Positions 40,062 through 50,581 of a DNA stretch of 64,000 nt are shown here, one piece after another. The stretch spans positions 6,021 to 70,020 of the forward strand of contig JAYZAY010000078.1 in assembly GCA_036339465.1 (NCBI GenBank), written 5' to 3'. The position numbers and the translations under genes were made by a program. Every line of letters starts with the position of its first letter. Position 1 is the stretch's first letter. Under the pieces are notes generated by a model. The model did not search any database and was not told the DNA's origin. It was given only the letters and a program-made list of their open reading frames with translations. This DNA comes from Myxococcota bacterium. Lineage in GTDB: Bacteria > Myxococcota > XYA12-FULL-58-9 > JABJBS01.

Positions 40062-40742
40062 TTAAACAGAGACCAAGCGACGTCTTACCAACAAGAAAAG
40101 GAGGAGAGGCCAAGGTGACGACGCACATCCTCCCCCGTCATTTTGAGACGGCGCATTTTGAGACGGCGTATTTTGAGACGGCGCATTTTCCACAGAGGCC
40201 ACTCCGATGTTCATAAGCTCACGAAAGCCGGTACCCGTTCCTTCACAACTCCAATCAGAGTCAACCCAGTCTGAAAACGTGTTGGTCCAATACCACCCGA
40301 ACTCTGACCCAGAAACGAATACACGAGCAATCCCGATAGCCGTATATTCAGGGTCGAGCATATTCTCGTTGTGACCCAAACTCGTTTGCCACTGCCGAAA
40401 AGTTTCTTTTGCGCCCTTGTTTCCTCCCGCTATATTCTCGGCCGCAACTGTCCATTTCCTATGGCCAAATGAATCGATCCGGTCAAAAGGGTCACGCCCC
40501 ACACAATTTTCGCCAGCGCCATCACAAGGAGGCTCTTGATGACAAAAAAAGCCTTCCTTCCCCATCGCCTCACTCATATAGTGAGCAGCAGCACTCAGAG
40601 TGTGAGATGGCTTAAGACAAGGTGCACCCGCAGCCTCACGATAGGCATTTATTTGTGCTAGAAATAACAGTTCTTCGTCGTCAAGTTCTAAATCGAAGGT
40701 TTCTGCACCCATCGCCAACATTAAAACAAAGGTCCAGCTCAT
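40062..40742 (-). CDS. CAP/SCP-domain protein with MYXO-CTERM-like tail
   Basis: INAYR, ENIAGG, WQTSLGHNENML, IGIA; tail GGGC-ASSPWPLLLFLLV-RRR. Confidence 0.9.
   Translation of the reverse strand: MSWTFVLMLAMGAETFDLELDDEELLFLAQINAYREAAGAPCLKPSHTLSAAAHYMSEAMGKEGFFCHQEPPCDGAGENCVGRDPFDRIDSFGHRKWTVAAENIAGGNKGAKETFRQWQTSLGHNENMLDPEYTAIGIARVFVSGSEFGWYWTNTFSDWVDSDWSCEGTGTGFRELMNIGVASVENAPSQNTPSQNAPSQNDGGGCASSPWPLLLFLLVRRRLVSV
40140..40189 (+). repeat. 15-bp tandem repeat x3.3 (ATTTTGAGACGGCGY) encoding an N(A/T)PSQ linker
   Basis: Three near-identical units at 40140, 40155 and 40170. Confidence 0.95.
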
Positions 40743-40830
40743 CCGGTAATCTCACTTCCTTTTCAAAGAAGAGGCATCCCATTTCTCAAGCCCCTTGACA
40801 AGACACAACAAATACAAGCCTTATGCGCCT

Positions 40831-41328
40831 GTGAAAGAAAAGCACATACAAATTCGAATTGAACAATGTCTCGCGCTCGCCAAAGCCTCAAACTGCCCAC
40901 GACGCACCTTTGGGGCGCTCCTATTGGAGCCGGACCGCAATGTTGTGCTTATGGACGGATACAACGGCGGCCCCCGTGGCGGCGGAAAACTTTGCGGTGG
41001 TGAGATTTGTTTGAGGGAATCCATGAATGTTCAATCCGGGACTCGAATGGAAATTGGCTGCCACCATGCGGAAATGAATGTAATTTGTAATGCCGCCGCC
41101 AATGGAGTGTCTACACGTAACGCGTGGCTGATCGTTACCGGAGAACCCTGCACCCTCTGCTCGAAATTGATTCATCATGCGGGAATTAGCAGAGTACTGG
41201 TCGTAGAAGGTGGTTATGCCGGAGAAAATGGTTGTGACTATCTAATGACTCACGGTGTTGAAGTGGTTCGGCTAGAAGGCCCCCAAGACCCAAGACTCAG
41301 CGCCTGCGCCCAAGACGAAAGAACATAG
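40831..41328 (+). CDS. dCMP deaminase / ComEB-family Zn deaminase
   Basis: SNCPRR..GA, GYNG.P, HAEMN, PCTLC. Confidence 0.9.
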   Translation: MKEKHIQIRIEQCLALAKASNCPRRTFGALLLEPDRNVVLMDGYNGGPRGGGKLCGGEICLRESMNVQSGTRMEIGCHHAEMNVICNAAANGVSTRNAWLIVTGEPCTLCSKLIHHAGISRVLVVEGGYAGENGCDYLMTHGVEVVRLEGPQDPRLSACAQDERT

Positions 41329-41693
41329 AAAACAGACACAAGGGTCGGTCTACTCTCTTACAAAACACCCGAAACAAAATTTCCCATGCCTCCACCATGG
41401 GGTGGTCGTACGGATACTTGGTGGCCCGGATCCCACTTCATTGAGTTGGGTGCCACCCCAAATTTACCACAAAGCTTAATGAGGATGGTCACTTCGTCGT
41501 CAAATGTAATCATCACAAGGCCCCCACACTCCCACCCAAAGCAAAAGAAATGGCTGCACTATGGCTCCGGCACCACGCATTTGCCTTCCAAAGCCCCTAC
41601 CAAGAAGCATTTCGAACCTCCCAAGCTATTGCACCTACGAACACTAATGGTGTAAGCGCCAGTCACCCGAAACAACACGGGAGACTTTGGAAA

Positions 41694-42692
41694 ATGGGAA
41701 CAAACGATATTAAACATGACTGGAGCCTCAAGGAAGTCGAGGAGATCTATCAGTTGCCGTTAATGGAACTGGTGCATCGCGCGTCCGATCTCCAGAGACG
41801 CTACCACAAGGCGTTAGACATTCAAAAGTGCACCCTTCTTTCAATTAAAACTGGTGGCTGCCCAGAAGATTGTGGCTACTGCTCACAAAGTGCGCATCAC
41901 GACGCAGCCCTAAAACGCTCAAAGCTTATGAGCGTTGAAACCGTCAGAGAAACCGCAAAAAAAGCCAAGAAAGCCGGAGCCACAAGATTGTGCATGGGAG
42001 CGGCATGGCGCCAAGCAAAGGATGGCACTGCCTTTGACCGTGTTCTCGAGATGATCCAAGCCGTAAATAATGAAGGCCTTGAATCATGTGTCACCTTGGG
42101 AATGCTAACCGCAGGTCAAGCAAAACGGCTAAAAAATGTCGGCTTAACGACCTACAATCACAATATCGACACCTCACGGGAATATTACCCATCAGTCATC
42201 ACCACACGAACTTTCGACCAGCGTCTTCAAACACTGAAACATGTTAGAGATGCCGGCTTGGGAATGTGTACGGGCGGAATCATCGGCTTAGGAGAAAAAG
42301 TAGAAGACCGGTATGGAATGTTACACACTCTGGCAACCCTGAAACCACATCCTGATTCGCTTCCAGTAAACCTACTGGTCCCGGTTCAGGGTACACCGCT
42401 GGAAAACAGGGAGCCTGTCGATCCCTTAGAACTGGTCCGTACTATAGCCACCGCGCGGATTCTGTGTCCCAAGGCCCGAGTTCGTCTCTCTGCGGGTCGA
42501 AAATCACTCACCCGAGAAGCACAAACATTGTGCTTCCTCGCCGGAGCAAATTCCATTTTCTTTGGTGAGCAACTTCTTACGACGCCCAACAACCCCGAAG
42601 ACTCGGATACGGAACTCTTTTCCGCCTTGGGAATATCAAGCAATGTCGTTAACACAGAAACAGTACCTTCAAAAACTACACACAGCGCTTGA
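41694..42692 (+). CDS. bioB: Biotin synthase
   Basis: [36 protein letters not shown]. Confidence 0.97.
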   Translation: MGTNDIKHDWSLKEVEEIYQLPLMELVHRASDLQRRYHKALDIQKCTLLSIKTGGCPEDCGYCSQSAHHDAALKRSKLMSVETVRETAKKAKKAGATRLCMGAAWRQAKDGTAFDRVLEMIQAVNNEGLESCVTLGMLTAGQAKRLKNVGLTTYNHNIDTSREYYPSVITTRTFDQRLQTLKHVRDAGLGMCTGGIIGLGEKVEDRYGMLHTLATLKPHPDSLPVNLLVPVQGTPLENREPVDPLELVRTIATARILCPKARVRLSAGRKSLTREAQTLCFLAGANSIFFGEQLLTTPNNPEDSDTELFSALGISSNVVNTETVPSKTTHSA

Positions 42693-43782
42693 AAAACGCC
42701 GAGAAGACCTCCTCTTTCGAGAGCTCGTCTCTTCTCCCGGCATTGACTTCGCGTCCAACGATTATCTAGGTCTTAGCCAATCCACCGAGCTAGCGACCAA
42801 AATTATTTCACATATTCAATCGCACGGGCTGGGAGCGGGAGCATCTCGCCTTCTGAATGGACACCACGAACTTCACGCAAAAACAGAACACCACCTTGCC
42901 TGTTTTTGCGAACGACAAGATTCACTTCTTTTCTCATCGGGATTTGCTCTCAACACCGGCATTCTTGCCGCAATTATTCCAGACAACGCTGTTGTTTTCT
43001 CCGACGAATTAAATCATGCAAGCCTGATAGACGGTTTACGACTGACAAAAGCAAAACGCTGTATATTCAACCATCATGATTTTAGTCATCTAGAAATGCT
43101 ATTAGAAAGCCACGCCAACTTCGATACCAAATTCATCGTCACAGAGTCACTCTTTTCCATGGACGGAGACCTCACAGACCTCGAAACACTCTGTGATATA
43201 GCAACCCATCACAACGCCATGGTAATCATAGACGAGGCGCATGCCACTGGCATATATGGGCCTAACGGTAGCGGCCGCATCGAAGAACTCGGCCTACAAG
43301 AAAAAGTTTTATGCTCTATGCACACTGGTGGTAAAGCCCTTGGCGTATCAGGAGCCTGGCTTGCATGTAACAAGACCCTCAAACAACATTTGGTTAACCA
43401 CTGTCGAAGTTTTATCTACTCAACCGCCACGCCCGTACCAGTTACCGCTGGCCTCTTAGAGGCCACCCAAATCGTCAAAGAAAAAACCGAACTCAGAACT
43501 CAACTCAAGGCAAATATTAAGGATCTCTCCTCCCGCATTAATACGTGGTTACCACAACAAACCCCCACCCAGATACTTCCGTTGGTCGTCGGTGAAGCGG
43601 ATAAATCCTTAAAACTCGCAGAATACCTCCAGAATGCCCAATTGGCAGTCAAAGCAGTTCGCCCACCCACCGTTGCTAACATGACTTCTCGTTTAAGATT
43701 GACCGTTAAGGCCACCCACACCAAAAGCCAGATTGAAAAATTGAGTCGTCTCATTCACAATTTCTTGGGAGAACCACAATGA
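42643..43782 (+). CDS. bioF: 8-amino-7-oxononanoate synthase
   Basis: [41 protein letters not shown]. Confidence 0.95.
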   Translation: MSLTQKQYLQKLHTALEKRREDLLFRELVSSPGIDFASNDYLGLSQSTELATKIISHIQSHGLGAGASRLLNGHHELHAKTEHHLACFCERQDSLLFSSGFALNTGILAAIIPDNAVVFSDELNHASLIDGLRLTKAKRCIFNHHDFSHLEMLLESHANFDTKFIVTESLFSMDGDLTDLETLCDIATHHNAMVIIDEAHATGIYGPNGSGRIEELGLQEKVLCSMHTGGKALGVSGAWLACNKTLKQHLVNHCRSFIYSTATPVPVTAGLLEATQIVKEKTELRTQLKANIKDLSSRINTWLPQQTPTQILPLVVGEADKSLKLAEYLQNAQLAVKAVRPPTVANMTSRLRLTVKATHTKSQIEKLSRLIHNFLGEPQ

Positions 43783-44432
43783 GGGGAGTCTTCATCACAG
43801 GAACCGATACAAGTATTGGCAAAACTGTCATCAGCGCCTCAATAGTTCAGGCATTCAGCCCCAATTCATCCTACTGGAAGCCAATCCAAACAGGATGGCC
43901 CGACGATGACGACTTAGACTTTATTAGAACCATGACTGCCCTTGATCCCAGCCGGTGCATCCCAAACACTTATCGGCTAAAAGAGCCTGCCTCACCTCAC
44001 TATGCAGCGAGACAAGAAGGCACTGATATATCCATAGAAAATGTTCTTAACGCACAAACATCACTCCCCAAGGACTCGTTTTACATCATAGAAGGTGCCG
44101 GCGGCTTATTGGTCCCACTAAACGAAAAAGAACTAATGGTCGACCTCATGGCTCGACTTAAACTTCCCGTGGTTTTGGTGAGTTCAACAGGATTAGGAAC
44201 CATTAATCACACACTTCTCAGTTTGTTTTATCTCGAAAAGCGAAGCATTCCCACCTTGGGAATCATCACGATTGGCCCTCCCGACCCATCCATGCTCAGT
44301 GCACTGGCTGAACACTCCACAGTACCCATTCTTGCAGAAATCCCACAAGTCACTCACGTCAACCAAAAAGAGATACTCTCATTTGCCAAAAACCTACAAG
44401 CTTCAAAACTCGCGGAAATGATACCCCAATGA
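43779..44432 (+). CDS. bioD: Dethiobiotin synthase
   Basis: FITGTDTSIGKT, WKPIQTG, EGAGG, LGTINH. Confidence 0.96.
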   Translation: MRGVFITGTDTSIGKTVISASIVQAFSPNSSYWKPIQTGWPDDDDLDFIRTMTALDPSRCIPNTYRLKEPASPHYAARQEGTDISIENVLNAQTSLPKDSFYIIEGAGGLLVPLNEKELMVDLMARLKLPVVLVSSTGLGTINHTLLSLFYLEKRSIPTLGIITIGPPDPSMLSALAEHSTVPILAEIPQVTHVNQKEILSFAKNLQASKLAEMIPQ

Positions 44433-45721
44433 CACCAAGCTCACTCCAACTAGAGGACCGAAAATTCACATGGCATCCCTTCACCCAGCAACATCAAGCT
44501 CCAATTCCAATCCCTGTGGTGAGAGCGAACGGCAGTTACCTACAAACTGAAGATGGCCACCAAATATTAGACTGCATTTCCAGCTGGTGGACGAATATCC
44601 ACGGACATGGAAACCCAAAGATCGTTCAAGCCATCGCCGACCAAGCTGCGACTCTAGACCATGTCCTCTTCGCAGGCTGCACTCATCCTAAAGCAGTTGA
44701 GGTCGCAAAACGCTTACAACAAGTCAGTCCACCTGGAATAGAAAGAACTTTCTTTTCCGACAATGGGTCAACCGCAGTAGAAGTAGCACTAAAAATGGCC
44801 TATCAATACTGGCGCAATAAGGGGCTACCTGCCAAGAAAAAATTTATCGCCTTCGATGGTGCGTATCACGGAGATACCATAGGGGCGATGTCCGCCGGTG
44901 ATCCAAAAGAATTTGGAGTCACCTTTCAGTCGTTGCTTATCCCAATCGAAAGACTGCCTCTACCCAAATGGAAACAAGAAAATTTCGAAACGATTATTTC
45001 ACAACTAAGAGAATTACTAACCGAAAAAAATCAACACTATGCGGGAATCATCATAGAACCGATGGTGCAAGGTGCGGGAGGAATGAAAATTTATTCCAGC
45101 GCTTTCTTAGGGGAGCTTCGGCACATCTGCGACCAGTTCAATGTCCTACTGATTGCAGATGAAGTCATGACCGGCTTTGGTAGAACCGGAAAACTATTCG
45201 CCATGGAACACGCCGAAATCACACCCGATATTATGTGTATTGCCAAAGGGTTAACCGGGGGAGTACTTCCTTTAGCCGCTACTTTAACGACTTCAGACAT
45301 ATATGAAGCATTCCTAGACGAATCCATCGAAAAGGCATTCCTACATGGGCATTCCTTCACGGCAAATCCCATTGCGTGTGCTGCGGCGGTTGCAAGCTTA
45401 GACATTTTCTCTGAGCCCGAAACTTTAGCCCAGAGTCTCACTATTGAAAATTATTATGCCCATCGGCTTCCCACTCTCAACAGGCATTCGACCGTCAAAG
45501 AAACTCGCTGGTTGGGTTCCATTGGGGTTGTTGAGTTGAATTGCGGAACCACCAGCTACTTCAATCAAATCGGTCAACAAATTCGCGAATATTTTTTCAA
45601 ACGTGGCTTTCTCGCCAGGCCTCTTGGAAATGTATTTTACACCTTGCCCCCGCTCTCAACCTCCATTGAAGAAATCGAAAGTATTTATGATACCCTCGAA
45701 GAATTCCTCGAAACACTGTAA
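44429..45721 (+). CDS. bioA: Adenosylmethionine-8-amino-7-oxononanoate aminotransferase
   Basis: WHPFTQ, SSWWTNIHGH, DNGSTAVEVALK, DEVMTGFGRTG, AKGLTGG. Confidence 0.96.
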   Translation: MTPSSLQLEDRKFTWHPFTQQHQAPIPIPVVRANGSYLQTEDGHQILDCISSWWTNIHGHGNPKIVQAIADQAATLDHVLFAGCTHPKAVEVAKRLQQVSPPGIERTFFSDNGSTAVEVALKMAYQYWRNKGLPAKKKFIAFDGAYHGDTIGAMSAGDPKEFGVTFQSLLIPIERLPLPKWKQENFETIISQLRELLTEKNQHYAGIIIEPMVQGAGGMKIYSSAFLGELRHICDQFNVLLIADEVMTGFGRTGKLFAMEHAEITPDIMCIAKGLTGGVLPLAATLTTSDIYEAFLDESIEKAFLHGHSFTANPIACAAAVASLDIFSEPETLAQSLTIENYYAHRLPTLNRHSTVKETRWLGSIGVVELNCGTTSYFNQIGQQIREYFFKRGFLARPLGNVFYTLPPLSTSIEEIESIYDTLEEFLETL

Positions 45722-45831
45722 AGGGGTATCACCACCAGACGCCAGTTTGGTTTATATATCTAAGGCCAATTTATTGAACTGGTCTTGACATCGGTCCCAA
45801 TTAGTCATACCGAATTGTCGGAGGAGCGATC

Positions 45832-46692
45832 ATGACCATTAATAGCCAAACAACCAGTGATTTGACCCCTACGAGCAAAAAAGACAACGGCAGTTTAAAC
45901 AATGGCAAAAGCCCCCGAGCTTCCGATCGAGTTGCCAACCGACTGCGAAAAGACATTTTAAGTCGCCAATTACCCGTGGGTTGTAGATTACTACCGGAAC
46001 GTAAATTGGCGGAAGTTCTTGGTGTATCCCGAGTAACCGTTCGCTCAGCAATCGCAACCCTACAATCGGAACAACTCCTCGAAGTGAAGCGGGGCTCTGG
46101 AATTACGGTCTTAGATTATCGAGAAAGCGCCAGTGTGGACCTCTTCTCGTGGCTCATCGCCAGCGACACATTGCCCGCTGAGGAACAATTCGAAGTCTTT
46201 TGCCAAGTTGTCCGGGTGCGTCAAACCCTTGCCATTCCAACCCTATTCGAGGCCATCACCAAAGCTTCCCCAGAGGACCGCAAGTCAATTGAATCGTTGA
46301 TTAAACAACAGGAAAAAAACCTTGACGACGGCGCAAGATATATAGACCTAGACCTAGAAATTGGCCAACATATCGCCAGAATAGCTGACAATCTCGTAGT
46401 TGAATTACTGCACAACAGCCTTAGAAGAGCGATGGCCTCCCGCGAGAAATTAATCCTCGCTTTTCTCGGCCCCCTAGAAGCGCACTGTCGGTATTATCAG
46501 TTTATCCTTCAAGCCTTCGAACTCGGTGTTCAGCTCGCAAGCAACAAAGCGATGCGAGAACAATTAGTTGAAACCATTCAATTTTTCGAAGCAGAGGGCC
46601 TAAAGCGTGCCAAGACCTTCTTCGACTCTACCGGTCCTTCACTCGACCCCGGCCCCACGGAAGGACCAGGACTGGTCCATCCTAGAGGCTAA
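45832..46692 (+). CDS. GntR/FadR-family transcriptional regulator
   Basis: PERKLAEVLGVSRVTVRSAI..L, RGSG; FCD-like C-terminus; GGAGGAG RBS. Confidence 0.9.
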   Translation: MTINSQTTSDLTPTSKKDNGSLNNGKSPRASDRVANRLRKDILSRQLPVGCRLLPERKLAEVLGVSRVTVRSAIATLQSEQLLEVKRGSGITVLDYRESASVDLFSWLIASDTLPAEEQFEVFCQVVRVRQTLAIPTLFEAITKASPEDRKSIESLIKQQEKNLDDGARYIDLDLEIGQHIARIADNLVVELLHNSLRRAMASREKLILAFLGPLEAHCRYYQFILQAFELGVQLASNKAMREQLVETIQFFEAEGLKRAKTFFDSTGPSLDPGPTEGPGLVHPRG

Positions 46693-46923
46693 ATTTACAG
46701 AATGCCCCCACCTAAATTTAGTTTAAAGAAGCTAGCCCTCGCAGTATAAAGCGGTGTCGTGGGTATGTGCGTTTTGTGCCACAAATCACAGAAAATGGGT
46801 TGCAGGAACCTGGCCCGATAAGTATATCGTCCAATCAACCGGGGTGGGAGCGACAAACATTGGTTGGTCCAAATAATCAGTGAGGAGAGCTTCCCAGGAA
46901 TACTCAACGACCAACGCGTTTAG

Positions 46924-49512
46924 GTGATGTTCATGAAGAGTCTCTCTAAGACATTTCTAATAGCCTGCATTTTTTCTTTTACCGCTACCGCCTGTACAGG
47001 GAGCCTCAGCCGGCAAAACGGTAAAAATCCGCAGGATACCGATGAAATAGAAACGAAACAGGATCAAGCCAGCTATATCCCTGCTACCGGTGGCGAGTCT
47101 TTCAGTGATGGAGGTGAATTCTCCGTCTATATCCCTGCCGGTATCATTATTCCCAAAATCAGCACCGATCCTGGCGACAACATCAGCGATAGCCGTGCAA
47201 CCACCCAAGATTTGCCTAGCGCAAATGTGACAATTGTTTCCGTAGAGCCCAATGAAGTATTCACGGGTGCCTCCATTTCAAAAAGCTATGAAGTCAAGGT
47301 TGAATTAGAAAACGCTGAGTTTAGCTCACATGCTCTTTTCCATCTGCGTTACCATGTCGTTTCTGACAGCATCTCAGAAGAAGAACTCCAGAAGCGCGCT
47401 TTCGCCATTGAAAAAGACGACGAGGACAAACTAACTCTCCTTAAAGTAAGTAAACATACCGATGGCTTTATCTGGTCTTCATCAACTGTTATCGAAGCCC
47501 GTTTTACCCTTCTCGACACTTCAGCTTTTTGCGTATGTGACCTAACGATCGATGAATGTGATTCAGACTGTGATTGCGATAACATGTGCGCCGAAAGCAC
47601 CCCTGACTCCGAAATAGGTGGGTCACTGAATTGCGACTCAGATCAGTTCTCATGCACAGGTGGAAATCAGTGTATCCCTGTCGCTTGGAAATGTGATGGT
47701 ATCCCAAATTGCAATGACGGCAGCGATGAAATTATCGAAACGTGCCCCGATGCTGGAAATAATAGCGCAAACCCAGCAACAACACCCATTGCCGATGACG
47801 AATACGAACCCGACGACACACACCGAGCAGCAACGGATATCGTTCTTGGCGAGCCCCAAACCCACAGTCTCCCTGATGGCGACAAGGATTTCGTTACATT
47901 TGAGTTAATACAATCTAAGGATGTCATCATCGAAACCGTGGGTAGTGCTGGCGGAGATACGAAGCTGACTCTCTATGACCAAACCCCCACAATCCTAGAA
48001 ACCGACGCTGACGGCGGTGAAGGATACTTTTCAAAACTCGAAATGCGTAATCTGGATCCTGGCAAATATTATGTCGAAGTCTCCGGCTACAGCTGGGGCT
48101 CGTACTATGGTGACGGAATTCCGGCTTATACCCTCAGTGTAACCGCTACCGACCCACTTCCCGCCGCGCCCACAGACCTTACGGCGACAGCAAACGAGGA
48201 CGTGATGATTCTTTCTTGGACCCCAGTGGAAAACGCAATAGAATATGAGCTTCATTACGGAATGGACTCCGGCGCCCCTTACCCTCTGGTTGGCTCCGAC
48301 TTCGTCGCCGATCAAGGTGCCGGTCCTATTTTAACAACGGAGGCTGAGCTTACTCTGAACGGTCTTCAAAGAGGAAAGACCTACTACTTCACTGTCCGAG
48401 CAAAATTCGATGGAGATATTTACAGCTATTACTCCACTCAAGTCGGCAAGATGCTACCAATCGAGCAAGATAGTTTCGAACCAAACAATACCTGGGAAAC
48501 AGCCACACCAATCGTAACCGGTGACACACATTCGCACTCTATTCATCAAAACGATGACAAGGACTTTTCGGTATTCACCATAGCTGCTCCTGCAACCGTC
48601 ACAGCTGAAACAACAGGAGTCGAGGGTGACACCATCATGTACATCTACGTTGTGGAAAATGGCGAATTGGTAGAAAAGTACAAAAACGATGACAACAGCG
48701 ATGACGACCGTGGTTTTGGGTACCGCTTCTCCAAGCTCGTTGTGGAACTCGATCCCGGAACTTACTACATCCAAGTAAATCACTGGGGGATTGATTATGC
48801 CAGCGACACAAGCCCAAGAACCATTGCAAACTATGACCTATCCTTAGACGTCCAGCTGCACGTACCCGTGGTGGAGGGTCCAGACAGCTTCGACGCCACT
48901 ACCACCGACAACATTTTAGCCGATGCTTCCAGCATCAATGTCGGTGATACACAGGAAAGAAACTTTCATAACGATACAGATGTTGATTTTGTGGAGTTTA
49001 CTCTAGCGATTGATTCAGACATTGCCGTTACAACTTCCGGAACCGCCGGAGGGACCATCATTACATTGCTCGATAATTCGGGTTCAGTTCTAGAAATCGT
49101 AGGTAGCTCTAGCTCCGCCACATTTCTTCCCCTTAACAGAACTCGGCTTCCAGCGGGAACCTATTACTTAGAAATCAGAAACGCATTCCCCAATATGGGC
49201 TTTCCCTACACTTTAAACCTAAAAGCAGACGGCTACCCAACAGCACCATCAGGCATTACCATAACGCCCGCACCCGGAAAATTGACCATCAGCTGGCCAG
49301 CTGTCGCAGGAGCAACCAGCTACAGGGTTTACTATGTTAATATGGCATGGCAGGATGCTGGTGAAGGAGAATCTCCCATCACCGTGACGGCCCCCTCAAT
49401 TGAGTTGACCGGGTTACCAACTGAACAGGCTACTTCAATCCGTATAAGCGCCCTAATTGATAACCGTGAAAGCACTAAATCAGCAACGCATGACGCACGA
49501 CCTCTGCCTTAG
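46924..49512 (+). CDS. Large lipoprotein with Cys-rich motif, LDL-receptor class A repeat, three PPC-like domains and two FN3 domains
   Basis: Lipobox ATAC; CDSDQFSCTGGNQCIPVAWKCDGIPNCNDGSDEIIETC; D.YEP.D/D.DF/GTYY repeats; APTDL..LSW FN3. Confidence 0.85.
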   Translation: MMFMKSLSKTFLIACIFSFTATACTGSLSRQNGKNPQDTDEIETKQDQASYIPATGGESFSDGGEFSVYIPAGIIIPKISTDPGDNISDSRATTQDLPSANVTIVSVEPNEVFTGASISKSYEVKVELENAEFSSHALFHLRYHVVSDSISEEELQKRAFAIEKDDEDKLTLLKVSKHTDGFIWSSSTVIEARFTLLDTSAFCVCDLTIDECDSDCDCDNMCAESTPDSEIGGSLNCDSDQFSCTGGNQCIPVAWKCDGIPNCNDGSDEIIETCPDAGNNSANPATTPIADDEYEPDDTHRAATDIVLGEPQTHSLPDGDKDFVTFELIQSKDVIIETVGSAGGDTKLTLYDQTPTILETDADGGEGYFSKLEMRNLDPGKYYVEVSGYSWGSYYGDGIPAYTLSVTATDPLPAAPTDLTATANEDVMILSWTPVENAIEYELHYGMDSGAPYPLVGSDFVADQGAGPILTTEAELTLNGLQRGKTYYFTVRAKFDGDIYSYYSTQVGKMLPIEQDSFEPNNTWETATPIVTGDTHSHSIHQNDDKDFSVFTIAAPATVTAETTGVEGDTIMYIYVVENGELVEKYKNDDNSDDDRGFGYRFSKLVVELDPGTYYIQVNHWGIDYASDTSPRTIANYDLSLDVQLHVPVVEGPDSFDATTTDNILADASSINVGDTQERNFHNDTDVDFVEFTLAIDSDIAVTTSGTAGGTIITLLDNSGSVLEIVGSSSSATFLPLNRTRLPAGTYYLEIRNAFPNMGFPYTLNLKADGYPTAPSGITITPAPGKLTISWPAVAGATSYRVYYVNMAWQDAGEGESPITVTAPSIELTGLPTEQATSIRISALIDNRESTKSATHDARPLP

Positions 49513-49750
49513 TAAAGATCCTATTCACTAAATCCCGATTCCTTAAAGTTCATCCTCTGCCCATGATGTCAATGAATTCAGCAGTGGGGACGAAGCTTTG
49601 ACAGACTTCTCAGTCTCATAATTCCCCAACCCAGCTATTCCCCTAAGCAACAATAACAACATTACTAATCATGGATCCCAGCTCCGCAGACATGCTACAC
49701 TAAAATTAATTTGATCATCCAATCGGCTTTTTTGAGGGAGGGAACTCAAA

Positions 49751-50569
49751 ATGATGGAATATGATGGCGACGTTCACATATCAGCAGAGAGCCAGCTCCT
49801 TGATTACTATGCATACGACCGTATCAATGGAAGTCTTGTTATTGAAAGTACTGATCTCATAGCACTGAAACTACCAGAGCTTAAAGAGATCACAGGGGAT
49901 ATCATTATCACCTACAATGAATATCTAAAAGATATTCGAAATCTGGATGCCGTCACAGTTGTAGAAGGAAATATCAAGATCACCCACAACGAAACCCTAT
50001 CAACGAAATCCGTTCAAGAATTTGTAGACCGAATAATAAAAGACGGAAAACTCGGTGGAAAATCCCTTGTCGAAAACAATTTGGATGACGAGATTAAAGA
50101 CCAAGGAACCTTCAATGGAGATGCAAATATTTCAGCGGACTCCGACGTATTAATGTTCTCCTCCTTTTCGAAAATAACCGGTAAATTGGTAGTGAGCGGT
50201 TTGACAGTAAATTCAATCGACTTTCCTATTTTAAAAGAGGTCGGTGGTGATCTTGATATATCGAATACCTCGTTGAAAACGCTGGATGGCCTATGTCAAT
50301 TGAGCCAGATAGGGGGTGAAGTTGCCATCATGGACAACAGCAGTCTTAAGGATATCAATCTAGAAAACTTAACGAACGTTAAAAAAGGCGTTACGATTCG
50401 CGATAACTCAGTGCTGGATTCAATTACTGGTCTCGAAAATCTAGAGCAGATCGGAGGTGATCTGGAAATCGTCTTCAATGTCTATTTGAGTAATAAAGAA
50501 GCGGAAAAACTATCCGAGGATATCGATGTTGCTGGTTCAATCACAGTAGCTGACAACGAAATGTATTGA
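49751..50569 (+). CDS. Receptor L-domain-like / LRR beta-solenoid repeat protein
   Basis: Repeats L..L..I.GDL.I..N..L in two blocks; GAGGGAGG RBS; no signal peptide seen. Confidence 0.75.
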   Translation: MMEYDGDVHISAESQLLDYYAYDRINGSLVIESTDLIALKLPELKEITGDIIITYNEYLKDIRNLDAVTVVEGNIKITHNETLSTKSVQEFVDRIIKDGKLGGKSLVENNLDDEIKDQGTFNGDANISADSDVLMFSSFSKITGKLVVSGLTVNSIDFPILKEVGGDLDISNTSLKTLDGLCQLSQIGGEVAIMDNSSLKDINLENLTNVKKGVTIRDNSVLDSITGLENLEQIGGDLEIVFNVYLSNKEAEKLSEDIDVAGSITVADNEMY

Positions 50570-50581
50570 GCACGGAGACAA

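Noticed and set aside
40140-40189. Tandem repeats as a CRISPR array
   Set aside because: 15-bp units with no spacers, in frame within a CDS; no cas genes in the window.
1822-41328. MazG-like protein and dCMP deaminase as anti-phage nucleotide-depletion defence
   Set aside because: Both are short stand-alone housekeeping-type proteins, 39 kb apart, without kinase/sensor fusions or defence-island context.
41420-41457. Hairpin GGTGGC...GCCACC upstream of bioB as a riboswitch
   Set aside because: No known aptamer consensus recognised; about 240 nt from the start codon; could be chance pairing.
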